NCBI GenBank assembly: GCA_012026655.1
Contig: JAAILG010001494.1
Span: 1 to 64,000, forward strand
Length of the DNA: 64,000 bases
Direction: 5' to 3'
DNA from: Hydrolagus affinis
Lineage: Eukaryota
Within the stretch, counting starts at the first letter, position 1. Every line of letters begins with the position of its first letter. A program made the translations under genes and the position numbers. Positions 26,326-38,836 of this stretch are shown piece after piece. Under the pieces are notes generated by a model. It was not told the origin of the DNA, did no database searches, and saw nothing but the letters and a program-made list of their open reading frames with translations.

Positions 26326-27404
26326 CGCTTTCCCTTGGACTGTCTGCATAGATAGAATCAGTTCATATCAGACTATTTACCCACTGAATCCTGGCCTGGA
26401 GAAGCCTTTGCAGTTTATGGGTTAGAACTAATTTCCTATTAATAGAAGTGTTTTACTCCACAAATTTTAAAGTGTTTGGGTGGGAGTGGGCAGCAGGATT
26501 TGCTATGTCTTTGTTCAAACTACCAACATCTGAAAAGTAGCCATTTTGAAGATCAGCCGGGGCTTTGAGTAAGGGAAAGGACCCCATCGAGAAAACCCCA
26601 GAGCAAATAATTTCTTTGACATCAAGCCCCTGTTCAAAGTGTGTGAACAACAAGCAACAACATTATATTAATGGATGTAATGGTATTTTTGTTGAGGCAA
26701 TAGAGAGAATAATTAATGCTTACACCCAGGTCAAGACTTTCCTTCACAATATTTGGGATTCACTTGGGCACTAACTGTGGTAGTGTGGTCTCAGTGCTTG
26801 TGCCCTACACAGCATGTGCTGGACCTGTAGCATGACTTTGAATGTTCCCAGCATCTCCTGTAACAACATGCTGATGCTGCTGTTGCTTACCATCCTCATG
26901 AACCTACTTCACTTTTGCTGTTGTTCTACTCCAAACCCCACTTCCAGACCCTGTGATTGCAACTGCACATGGGTTTCTACATTTGCATACAAATAATCAT
27001 TTCATTTTACACTGTTAACTGTGAAGTGCTTTGAGACACTGCCCTGACATGAAAGGCAGTATACCATATATAATGTTATTATTTATTTACGTTTTGCTTT
27101 GATTAGTCAACATGTGCTATTATCTTTGCAATAATCTTTCATGTTTAATACCATTTCCTATTTTTGCCCATTTGTCACAGGTGTGATCTACAATGTTAAA
27201 CTAAGAAAGCATGTGCCTGTTCATGTAGATGCTAAGATACCCATGAAATGATTCAAAACAGAAAGAAGTTTCTCCCAGGATCCTAACTAGTAATTCTCCA
27301 GGTAAAATTGTTTATTCACTCCAATGCTGCTTGTAGAACATTGTTGTGTGTAAATTGGCTGTCACAATCACTTTACAGAAAAACTGTAAAGCACTTTGAG
27401 ACAC

Positions 27405-27845
27405 TTCATCCCTCAGAGAATCAAATTAAAGATCCTCATCCTCACTTTCAAGGTGATCCACAGCCTTGTCCACTCCTACCTCTCTGACCTGCTAACCCTC
27501 TATCAACCTGTTCGCTGCCTCCATTCAGCAGGTTCCAAGTTGTTCCATGACTTTCACCCGACCCACTCTACACTCTGTGACTGGCTTTCAGCCTCTGGCC
27601 CCACTCTCTGGAACTCCATCCCACAATCTCTTCACTTTGCTCTCTCCCTTGCCTCCTTCAAGGCCAATCTCAAGACCCTCCTTTTCAACCATGCCTTCAG
27701 ATGCCATCCTACCTCTCTGTCCTTCTTCATCTCAACTCTGCTCTCCATCTCCCCCATACTCAGGTCTAGACCCCTGACTCTTCAGCACCTTGGGACATCT
27801 TCCCGACGTGAAAAGCACTCTACAAATGTAATTTTGTTGTTGTTT
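27405..27845 (+). mobile_element. L2 LINE 3' fragment
   Basis: ORF 27396-27848 PQRIKLKILILTFK...PTLWNSIP..SL.SFKANLKTLLF; tail gggacatcttcccgacgtgaaaagcactctacaaatgtaattttgttgttg. Confidence 0.88.
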
Positions 27846-30243
27846 TAATGTAATAATACTATGTAAAACATAAGAACTATTCTTAACATCCAATCTCCCA
27901 AGGATTTCACCATAATGTGGTGAAACGAGAGCTACAGAGGATTATGCCCTGGTCTTTCTGATATCAATGCAATTGGCACCTAGTCTGACTCTCCCACACT
28001 TCTCTCTCCCTACCTGTACTCCTGGACCCAACCCCTGGTTGGTACCTCACTTCAACAGCATTGACCATTTCCTCTTCCTCCTGCAGTGAGGAACTGAAGG
28101 TACAATCCCGTTTTACCATTCTGTGATACATTGTGTTGAAGCTCATCACCATAGTAACAGTAGTAATTATTACCAAGTCAGCTTTTATTTCAGAACTAAT
28201 AAAGAGGAAAAACACCTCTCTATCTCACATAAACACAGACACACAGAGAGACCAAATGCCTTATGCAAAAAAATACCTCAGGTCAGTGGTGAGCACAAGT
28301 CACTTGGGAGGTGTCAGGATGTACAATGATAAATCTGTCTGGACCTAATGCACTCAAACTGGTTTCGATTATATTTTGGGTCAATTTTTTTCCCGCATGT
28401 AATTACGTCAGGTCATCTTAAGTTGTCTTGCGAAGTGCCGCAGTTGAAACCCGAGTGAAGCTAAAGAGACTCAGGTTCCTGGCAGCCGGTGTGCAGTCAC
28501 CCTGGAACTTTATACTTTTCAGCCTGAGGCACAAGAACAATGATCATGTGAAATAGCTGCCCAATTCAATGTCACAGATTAATTATTACCCATTTTATTT
28601 TAAAAAATTTAAGTGCAACCATCCCTGTATTGAGGAAAAGTTCAGAACTGGGTTCTCTGCAGATTGGATTCAGGTAATACAACAGCCAAGCATCACTGTT
28701 AGAGCCAGTGTAATGCTGTTTGGTTACTCAGGTGGAAGAGTCACAATGGTATGCTTTTGTGTAATCACATGTTTTGGGTTGAAAACACCCCCTAATTGAG
28801 AAAAATGCAGCCCTAACATCACGAGGCTTGAAAAATGTGGTTCAGGATGTAAAGTATAATGGTGAGTTCTCCTGAGTTGCATGAAATACATGGACTTTCC
28901 TGCAAACAATGCACTTTGAGTACCGAGGTGTGTACTTCCAACACTTGCATCTGCTCCACTGCCGTTTTTTTCATTCATGCACTGCTCATTCATGCACTTC
29001 AGCGCCTTGGAAAGTACTTCTGACGTGAAAGGCACGACACAAATGTAATTTGTTATTTTAAGTTATTTGAAACAACGCCCAGCTTGAAGCTTGTTATATA
29101 AATACAAGTTGTTGTTGTTTCAACTCCTTACTTATGCATAGAATGACATGGAATGTTACAGAGCAGAATCAGACCAGACGACACAACCAGTGCACAAACC
29201 AGTGTTTATACTCCACCCCTCCTAATCTTACCCTCTCTCTTTCCTTCTCTCTTATGTATTCATCCTCAGCCAGAAGTAGGATTTCCCATCCTACGCATTT
29301 TCTGGCCAAATTCTGCAAACTTTTCACAAAGAGGAAAATAATCCACCCACGACTTAATCTGCTCTGCACTTAAAACAAAAACTGTAAATGCCATTTAAGT
29401 GTTTTTATGGAACAGTAATGTCCCCTTTAAGGCAGTGTATTGCTACTGTGAAAGTGATATCCATAAGGATTTTAAAATAAATAGTTAGCGGTATGATCTT
29501 TGAAAATTTAATCACTTGAAATACATTTCCCCCCCACCACCACCACCCAATACAAATACACACAAGCACGTAAACTAAAAACTCTTATGAGGATGTAAGA
29601 CAGAGTTCATCAAAGTATTGTAGTTAGCAAACAACAAAGTATTTAATCTCTAGCCTTAGGAAAAATGTGAAGTCAACAAAGTATCTCAGATGTTGGCAAT
29701 TTAAGACAAGTTAATATCTCACTAGTGTGTTACACATGGTATTTTGGGTAGTGTATTTTCCTTTGAAAAGATTTCTCTTCAATTCTGATGGGAAGAAAGA
29801 TGTGTCCTCTTTGATCAAAGGCACATTGTCATGTTATCAAACAATGGCTGTTGTCAATAGACAATGGTTGAACTGCAAATCTGATACATGCAATACAAAA
29901 AGAGCAAAATGTTTTCTTTGAGTTTCTCTCTTCTACTCTCAAATTTGAAAAGTACATTTCCTCCTTCTCTGCGTTTTCAGTAAATTGAAGTGAAGACTCA
30001 TTGCAAGATCTCTTAAAAAGCTTGGCATTTATTAACCATAACCTCATTACTTACCTTGTTCTTCTCCTATTCTGTTTTATGTACAAAGGTACTGGGTGGG
30101 ATGGCATTCAAGACAAATACTTTTTATCAATCGCAATCAATTTTGCACAGAAAATATACAGTCAATTCACTTTACAACAACAAAGTTACATTTGTGTAGC
30201 GTTGACTTTAGAGTATATTCCATGAAGCTCTTTAGATTAGTGA

Positions 30244-30560
30244 AGTCCTATAGCTCAGTGGTTAGAGCACTCACCTTACAAGTGAGAGACCTGGGTTCCA
30301 ATTCCAGGCAGGGCAAAATCTTGGGCAGGTTTTCTTACTCCACATGCCTAATAATAATCACTCAAAAGAACAATAATAAATTGGTCAATTCAATCTACAA
30401 CTGCTTGTGGGACACTGCTGTGCACAATTAGCTGCCCCATTTTGCCCACAAAATATATATGATCAATTCACTTTACAGTATATTCTGAAGAGCTTTGAAG
30501 CATCTAGAAGATGTAATAAGGTGCTATATGAAATGCAAGGATTATTATAATATTATTATA
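30244..30560 (+). mobile_element. tRNA-derived SINE nested in an older SINE tail
   Basis: gtcctatagctcagtggttagagcac..gagacctgggttccaattcc; host tail at about 30140-30243 resumes at about 30560-30612. Confidence 0.88.
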
Positions 30561-31570
30561 TCTTAATGATGTGATAAGATGCTATATTAAATGTAATTAT
30601 TGCATTATTATTTACAAATAGGAACATCCAGATTATAAGGATGAATCGTGTTATTTCATTTAGAATCTGCACTTATATAATATTCCATATTGAGGTCTAA
30701 CTTGAGAGAGTCCCAAACATATTTGTACGTAATGACCTCTGCATGTATCTGAAAGTTGACGGGTTCCTTTGCAGAAGCCCACTTAACACAGATCTCAACA
30801 CTGGTGGCAGGAACCCACTTTGACTGCAACCTGACTTGGGAAAAGGTAGGCCTTCTAGTTCCGGGACACAATTTGCTGAACTCACAAAAAATAGACCCCA
30901 TTGTAGATTGTCCCAGGTGAAAGAGTAATCCTGCCTGTCCACTGTACCACTTTATTGTTTAGATACAAGCACACAGATATGGGGTGACAAGACGCAGGGC
31001 TAGTGCATTAATTGCTCTCCCAACACATCCAGGCAAATTGGGCCAATGTCTTTTTCCTTGTGGCCTTTTTCTGTTGTCATGAGCTAGAATAACAGTTTTC
31101 CTCTCGCAGTTTAACAGTTTTATCAGGGATAATGATTACTATCCAACTTGGAGGAAGGGTGAAAGGCATCTCCTTTGAGCTGAACTAGCTCAACATGACA
31201 TGCTTAACAATGGAATGTCAGAATCGTGTCAACCTCTGTGGCAATCTCAGAAGTTTGATTTCTAAAACAGGTGAGTCCATAGCATTGCAGGGGAGCCCCA
31301 CTGATGACAGACCAGCCAGCCAGGCTCATCAGCAGGACTTGGAGGGTCAGACTAGTCATTATGAGTAGGGAATCTTTCAATATGTTTCCCTTATCCAGTA
31401 GGGCTCTGCCTACAAGCCCTCTTCTGGATAGGGGAGTCCATGTTGGACACGCGGTAGGAAAGCTTGCCAAACGTAATTATGCAATTTTAGTTGGTTGAAC
31501 TTGAGCAGTACTCTAACGTCTCAAAATCTTGGCTCCTGCCACCATGTGCCCAATAGTTTCCAGAATTAAG

Positions 31571-31981
31571 TCCTTGCCAGACTTCACTGGCTCCCTGTCC
31601 CAGAGAGGATCGATTTCAAGATCCTCACCCTTGTCTTCAAATCTCTCCACTCCTTTGCACCCACCCCTATCTCTCTGACCTCCTTTCTCCCCAAAGCAGC
31701 ACCTGGTCTCCTCCTTGTCCCCTGAATCCTCCGCTCCACCATCAGCGGTCGTGTTTTCAGTCACTACGCCCCGAAGCTCTGGAACTCCCTTCCTCATTCC
31801 CTTTGCCTTGCCCCCTCTCTTCCTAGTTTCAGGTCTCTGCTAAAGACCTTTCTTTTCGACCGCGTCTTCGGTCACCTTTTTTTCCCTGCCCTTGGCTCGG
31901 ACCCGGGATCCGTTATTGTGAAGCGCACTGAGACACCGTCCGGCAAGGAGGCTGCTATATAAATTGAAGTTGTTGTTGTTG
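31571..31981 (+). mobile_element. L2 LINE 3' fragment
   Basis: cttcactggctccct (LHWLP), gatttcaagatcctc, ctctggaactccct, tail ctatataaattgaagttgttgttgttg. Confidence 0.88.
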
Positions 31982-34900
31982 ATCAAAAACACAACATCAA
32001 TCGGAAATCTCCTAATAATCAGAAGTGGACAAATGATGAACTTGTATCCATATTGGTATATTCAGGATAATTTTAGGCCATATTTTCAAAAGTTTTGACA
32101 AGCTTTCGATAGATTTTTGATGGATTTAATTTCACTATTGTCTGTCTACTCACTTCTAATTGCTCGACCCAGCCTCATACACCAGACCACATTAGCAGGT
32201 TCCTACTGTGCTGTTTCTGCTCTTTTTCATGACATCTTTATGCAAAATAGTTTACTCCCTCCACCAAAACAAGGCTATTCCTAACCCTAAACTAACTGAA
32301 TAAGATCATAGAATACTGTGGCACAAAAACTGATAATTTGTCCTATCATGTGGTCAAAGATGTAATTAGTCTATTACACATAGTCTATTAATCACGGAAA
32401 ATAGCAATGTTTCAATAATGCATTGACATTGTGATTTCCAATTAAAAAGGAACAAAAAGATCTCTATAAAAAGCAATTGACACATGACAGACCTTGGCTC
32501 TAATCATTGGGACTATGGAAGGTAATAGGTGACCAAGAAGCCAATCGTAATGTTGCAGATGGGGTAGAATGAACCCAGGAAAAGTACTATTTGTATGAAT
32601 TAACAGATTGAACGTGATACCTCAATGACAAGACAATAAAGAATTACTGAAGCCTGTATCTTGTAATCTTCTTAACCTCTTCTCTTGTCTACTGTATGTT
32701 ATATGAGAAGAGGCACCGAAATGGGCATTTTCTGGCAGCTTCCCTTTCAGCTGTATTATAATTAATGGCCAAATATTTTTTTTAAATAGAGGACACTAAT
32801 TGTCTGTTGCTGACATGCCATGGCTAATTAAAAACTGCTAGCTCGGAAGAAGCGCTAATTGTATTTCGCAGGTCTCCTTCTCTTGTCCTTGTGTCCTTGC
32901 CAAGCTGAACAGTCCTAGGCTCAGGCGTAAATCTCTGTCACACATCTTGTCATCGAACATACATCATCACTTTCTGCTCATCCCCGATTCATACTGCTTG
33001 CTTGCAACAATTATCTCTCTCTCAGTGCTTGACCTCTCAGCAAATGGAGTGCAGCAAGGTTGCTAATTTTTTTCCCATGGACTTTGCAGTTAATTGATCT
33101 CCATTCGGCTGCCGAGAAACATTTTCACAGAGCCAGCTTAATGATGAATCAGCTCGTGCTAGTTAAAACCCTCCGCTTCCTTGGCTGTGCACATTCTATC
33201 ATGCCCTTGTTGACCAGGGCCCTGAATTTGACATTCCACAGCATAAATCAAACCAGTGCCACACGCCAAAAAAAAATTGCTGATGCTTATTTATCACCTG
33301 TTTACAATTCCTGGAGCAAGTCCTTGCTCTGTGTGTTTATACAGTCACCTAGACTAGTCAAACCAGAGTCTTGTTTGGAGGTCATAAAAGGCCTGAATTA
33401 TCAAATCAAATTGTATCATTTTTCAGCATTACATAGTTGGTGTTTCCTGACACTGCCATCATCACTTTGCTCATCAAGGTTAGACAGAGTAATGTGAGGG
33501 CAGGGAGTGAGCAGAGGTTTTTGGCCTTTATTAGACACCTGCGAAACATTGCCAGGAAGGGTTGGGAAAGGATTCACTGAAATGAGTCTGCTCCATGTCA
33601 CTCTATCTATTGATGAAAGGACCAGGTTAAAATTGTTCAATAAAAAGGTGCAAGGAATTGGTTTAAAGTGTCTTGTGGGTACATCTACTCTGCAACCCTA
33701 CAGCAACAGCAATACCATTATTTCCATTAGAATTCTGGAGTTACAAGTTATCAATCTTTCCATGAATCTCAAAATTTAAACCCCCTTATTGAATATATAG
33801 GTTGAAAATTGCCTATTTTTCAGATAATAGGAACGAATAATAAGAATTTCGACTGAGTTCCACTTGTTTTACAAATAGCAGTTTTATATCAGAATCCTTC
33901 TGCTCTTAAGAGACATGCTTAGTAGCTTATACTTGTGACTGTACTTGCCAGATACACCTAACAGAGTGTAACTTTAGTTACTGCAGTGCAACTGTACTCA
34001 ATCAATTTTTTAACCAGGAAGGCACTAAAAAGGTAGAAGAACCAACTGCTGGTCCATAATAACCACGTGGCAGAGATATAATTTGACTGAGTGACCTATC
34101 AAGTTCATTTACTAATAGTTCGCCAGATTTTTCCTTATAAAATACAAAGCCATTACATTTCATAGTAAATCATGTGAAATGCTTTGAGAGGCTCTCATCC
34201 TCATCTATAAATTGTTTCACAACCTAGCACCACAGTATCTCCATGGTTTCCTCCTACCTCACTCTTCATGCTCATCCCCCTCCAATAGGCCAACTAGGGC
34301 TTGCTGACTTTGTCTAACCGACGGGCAATTCAAGGCTAATAATCATTGGACGTCCTTCCCTCTATCCATTTCACGTCCCCTCTCTCCATCGATCTTCAAA
34401 TCCTATCTTAAAATATATCTCTTTGACCTCATCTATGGCACCAAAAAGGATGAGAAACACTGCTCCACAGCAAAAACAGAAAGAAATCTCAATATTGACC
34501 ATATGTCATCTACAAGTTTTGAACAGCTAAACTCTGTAATGATTCACAGAGTCAGCGCTCATAGAGGAAAGCAAAGTGTAGGTCAACTGGAATCCACAGG
34601 CTGACCAGTCAAAGATGGGCAAAGTGGCACAAAGGTAGCAGAACGACAGACACAAAATAAGTCAAGATGAGGGAGTGAGCAGGAATGGTAGTTGAAAACC
34701 AAATGGTGGTTAAGTAGAGTGAACCAATGCTGAGAATAGGTTGAAGAGGTAAAACTGCAAATGTCGATAAACAAAATATAACTCATAGGAACAGGAGTAA
34801 GCCATTCAGCCTATCGAGCCTGTTCCCCCATTTAATTAGATAAGGGTTGATCTGTATCTCCACTAATCCTTTCAATCCCAATTTCCTGCTTTCTCCCAGT

Positions 34901-35207
34901 ATCCCTTAATAGCCTCACCTTCCAAAAATTTATCAACCTCCCAGGTAAACATGTCAAGTTAAGAAAAGGGGTAGACATAAAGCTCTTATAAGTGAAGGGC
35001 AAAGGCCCAATTATTGGCACACAGCCAAAATTTAGATCTGAAGCTGGAAAAAATGTGAGAGATGCAGACAATGATTATCTGTAGATATGCTAAGCGAGGT
35101 ACATGCCTAAATATGTGTTTGATCAAAAAATAATCATTACGCATTCAGCTTGTTGCATTATGCTGTTCATGAATTAACTTTGGACTCCTGTTGACTCAGT
35201 GTCTTAC

Positions 35208-35543
35208 CTGCCTGACTTGTGGTAATGGTGACGGCAGCAAAAAGCCTCTGGGTCCGGCTCAGATCTGAAACTCCATTCACAGCCTCCACCTCAAAGGTAT
35301 AGTTGGCGTGGGCCAGCAAGTCTGTGACTGTCACAAAGCTCTCCACCAGTCCTGACTGCTGGGGTATGAAGCTGATGCTGTTGCCACAGGGCATGCACTC
35401 ACCCTGCTCCCAGCTGCACCTCTTACACATGATCCTGTAGGTAACGTCATCCCGTCCCCCATTATCTGCCGGTGGGCTCCACTCGAGGCTCACTGTCGTC
35501 TGGTTTATGTTATAAATGAGATTTTGTGGCGCAGAAGGAGGTC
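35208..35543 (-). CDS. EPHA7: Ephrin type-A receptor 7, internal coding exon (equivalent of mammalian exon 5; fibronectin type III domain 1)
   Basis: Translation (R)PPSAPQNLIYNINQTTVSLEWSPPADNGGRDDVTYRIMCKRCSWEQGECMPCG...DLLAHANYTFEVEAVNGVSDLSRTQRLFAAVTITTSQA closely matches vertebrate EphA7 FN3-1 as I recall it. Acceptor ttctcaAG|GA at 35545/35544, donor CAG|GTAAG at 35207. Length 336 bp, phase 1-1. Confidence 0.96.
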
Positions 35544-36671
35544 CTTGAGAATAAGAAAACAAATTTTGATGAGTGCTTCCATTGATATAGTACTTACCCC
35601 ATCAAGCTGCCTCAAGAAGCTTTACCAGTATCACTTTTAAGTGCAGTGACTATCTTTGTAAGTAAAATGACAGCAATTCGTACAGCAAGCTCCTGTCTAT
35701 AGCCATGAAATGAATGACCAATATATCTGGAGAATTGTTGGCCAAGACACCAGGAGAAACCTTTTCTCTTTTTGTAAATTATGTCACTAGATTTTTAACA
35801 TCTAAATAGTCTTAGTTTAATGCCTCATTCAAAGAATTCTGAAAGCCAATGCCAGTGAGACACAACAGTAACAAAATTACATTTATAGAGCACCTTTCAT
35901 ATCGGGAGGATGTCCCAAGGTGCTGAACAGTCAGGTAGGGATGCAAGCAAGTGCTGGGGAGGGAGAAAGTTGGGAGGGTAGCCTAACACAATCGAAGAGG
36001 AGTGTCATGAGACAGGACTTGAAGGAAGCAAGACAGGAAGCAAGGGGAAGGGACTGTGGAATGGAATTGCAGAGTGTGGGGGCAGAGAGACTGAAAGCCT
36101 GCCACCCGATGACAGGGCGGGTTGGGTGGGGGACATGGAGGAGACCGGAGCCCGCTGAATGGAGGGGGTGGGCAGATTGATAGGGAGACAGCAGGTCGGA
36201 GAGATCGGAGGGGTAGGTTGTGAATGGCCTTGAAAGTGAGGATGAGGATTTTGAATTTGATCCTCTGGGGGGGTGAGGAGTCATTGGAACCAGACGAGGG
36301 TGGGAGTGATGTGGTCGCGGAGCTTGGTGCAGGAGATAAGGGTTAAGAGGCAAATGAATATAGGAATAAACAGCCCAAAAATGTCTATTGCTGTCCACCT
36401 GGGCCAAAGTAAAACAATGAATGATCCAACAGGCTTCTAACTCTCACATCCCCAGATTCGATTTCTTTGACAAATCTAAAGAAATCTAGATTTCGACATT
36501 TTCATTATAATTCATAATATTAATTCTTCAACCATGAAATTCTCAAAGCAGTTCTCAAATATTAACAGTGGAATAATACCCAGAACACCAGTCAATCCAA
36601 ACTATTCAGCTCACAACAGACAATGAAAGCATTGTCAAACATTGATTTCACTAAACTAATAAAGAACTTAC
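35544..36671 (-). other. EPHA7: EPHA7 intron between the two exons (1128 bp), containing a SINE remnant and an L2 fragment
   Basis: GT...AG boundaries on the minus strand joining two in-phase exons. Confidence 0.93.
35865..36300 (-). mobile_element. L2 LINE 3' fragment inside the short EPHA7 intron
   Basis: ORF 35931-36407 (-) AFSLSAPTLCNSIPQSL...SFKSCLMTLLF; same tail as the 27405-27845 copy. Confidence 0.85.
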
Positions 36672-36827
36672 TTGTGCAAGGTACTGAGGGTGGGTCAGTG
36701 AGAGCTCTGTAGTAGCCGTCTTCACACTCACAACGTGAAGAGCCTTCCCGTTCTGTGTGACTGTGAGCTGGACAGCGAGCACACTGAAGATCCTGTGACC
36801 ATGACTTGTAGAATCCCCGGCCACAAG
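36672..36827 (-). CDS. EPHA7: Ephrin type-A receptor 7, internal coding exon (equivalent of mammalian exon 4; Cys-rich/EGF-like region)
   Basis: Manual translation xCGRGFYKSWSQDLQCARCPAHSHTEREGSSRCECEDGYYRALTDPPSVPCT matches the EphA7 pattern CGRGFYK...DLQC...EGSSRCECEDGYYRA. Acceptor tttctttccgcAG at 36829/36828, donor A|GTAAG at 36671. Length 156 bp; last A joins GA of the next exon to give AGA (Arg), in frame. Confidence 0.95.
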
Positions 36828-38034
36828 CTGCGGAAAGAAAATATGCTATATTAGGCCTTGCAGAACATGTTCAATGTGATCCAACAAGTGGCCAGCCACT
36901 CGATTTAATCTGCTCTCCCATTGCCCACGTGCCCATTCCGTTCCATTTCATCTGAGCCACCCGCTCCTTCCATAACCCATAAATGTTATGTTATGTTTCC
37001 AGAAGGGAAACTCAAAAATATTGCTTCTGTGACCCGTGGACATTCCTCAAATAGGATATACAGCCCTCAGCAGCCAAAAGGTTGGGCCACCATCCTAGAT
37101 TATGGATTTATCAGCAATAAAATGTATATGGACTCAGTATTCAGTGGAGGCTTTCAATAGAAAAAGTGGGAGGGAAATGCAATGTAATATTTATCAAAAT
37201 AAAATATGTAAATTGATGTATATTAAAAATATGTAAGAGTAATATTATTATTAATAATGATAACCTCTTTCATTTGATACAACTCCTTATCATGTCGTAG
37301 AGATGTGTTGAAGTGCTTCATAGGATATCCAGCAAAGCGTAGTTCTTTATTTTATGGGCAAACTCAGTGGCCAATTTGTGCCCAGCAATATCCCACAAAC
37401 AGCCTCAAAGTGAAGGACCAATTTTATTTGCAGAACTTTTGACAAACACAATGGGAGAACCTCACTTCTCTTTTCCGATAGTGCCATAGCATCTTGGTCA
37501 CCTGAAGAGGCAGGCAGGATCCTGGTTGAACATCAAATCTAAAAGATGGATTTGGAAGGTCTCCAGGAGCAGCAATCAGAGACGTTAGTGGGAACCACAC
37601 ATTATGTTGAATTCAATTTTAATATCTCTACTGAACTCTTGACTGAGATTTGTTCATCAAGCACAAACTAGGGCTCAAACCTGAGACCCTCTTGATCCAT
37701 ATGGGTCATTTTCATGCTGGCCAACAAACGTATCAATTCAGCCATTAGAGGAACTCAACATATTTTGTGTTAGTTTAAAAAGAATGATGATTAAAAATGA
37801 TTAGCCCTGCAGCAGATTCGGTAGCTGCACCAAAAGTTAGCTTTGCCAGCAAACTCTCCATAGAGGAACTAATGCACCTATAATTCAGATTACAAGTAAC
37901 AAACAAGTCCTATTTTAGTATTTATATCCTCTCTTTGTTTAAAGTACAGGAGATTCTACTTTTATTCAATATAATTTAAATGAGGCCACTGCTGCGGTCT
38001 CTACCATTCCATCTGGTAACCCTTCCCACCTGCT

Positions 38035-38335
38035 ATAATAATAATCCTTGCGTTTGATATAGCGTCTTATTACGTCTTCAAGACCTTTCAAAGGACATCA
38101 CAAAACATATCGTAAAATTAATTGACTGTATATTTTGTGGGCAAAACATGGCAGCCAAGTGACCAAACAGTGACCCCAATTTTTTTTGGAATGATTATTA
38201 CCCCCAGAAAAGCGATCCACCAATTGTCCAACAACCAGGTTCCTAGGAATGCTACCCAATGATTCACCCTGCCTGGGCTTCCAACTCTGGTCCTTTCGTT
38301 TTGCGAGGCAAGTGCTCTAACCATTAAGTTTCAGG
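38035..38335 (-). mobile_element. tRNA-derived SINE, variant retaining part of the central segment
   Basis: Head, cccagaaaagcgatccaccaat..accaggttccta segment and tail present. Confidence 0.82.
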
Positions 38336-38809
38336 TATATACAGTTATTCTGTGTGAAGAAAAACCTCCTAATCTATGTTTTAAAATGACTGTTTACAAC
38401 CCTGAATCTGTGTCCTCATGTTCATGTGCCTTAGCACTTTATTTTCTGTCTGGGAAGTACTGTTCTGGATTTACTGTCCTTTTCTAATTTGGTATCTTAC
38501 AAACATCTATCAAGTCCTCTCTGTCAAACAAGCTGCTGCACAATGCCAGCGAGAACCCATCTTGAAAAAAGCACTTATGATTGACAAGATTGCTAAATTG
38601 AACAAATCACTTGATCGGCCTCAGACAGTCTGTAATTGCAGTGGAATAACCGTGAAAGCCTGGTAAGATGTCACAGTGAGCTCTCAACACAGTGGAGTCT
38701 TTACAGACATTACAGAAAGATGTAGATGGTCAGCACAGGCCCTGCATATGGACCTACCTGCCTCATTATTGTACAGTATCCACTATTATTTATTAAAAGA
38801 ACTATATCA

Positions 38810-38836
38810 TTATATATATATATATATATATACATA
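38810..38836. repeat. (TA)n microsatellite
   Basis: Run of tatatatatatatatatata visible. Confidence 0.9.

Noticed and set aside
26400-26996. Possible decayed transposase/Myb-like sequence
   Set aside because: No diagnostic motif or termini recognisable.
28350-28460. Possible short MITE (ctggtttcga...ttgaaacccg)
   Set aside because: Inverted termini too degenerate to support a call.
30244-30310. tRNA genes at SINE heads (also 12040, 19060, 56023)
   Set aside because: A/B-box-like motifs run directly into SINE bodies; no intact cloverleaf and copies are diverged.
1-35166. Next EPHA7 exon (second FN3 domain)
   Set aside because: Looked for an APSQVS/SWQEP-like exon on the minus strand and saw none; likely beyond the window, though a short exon could be missed by eye.
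35167-35562. 131-aa ORF as a standalone gene
   Set aside because: It is an internal EPHA7 exon (35208-35543) with intronic overhangs; the start is not a real initiation codon.
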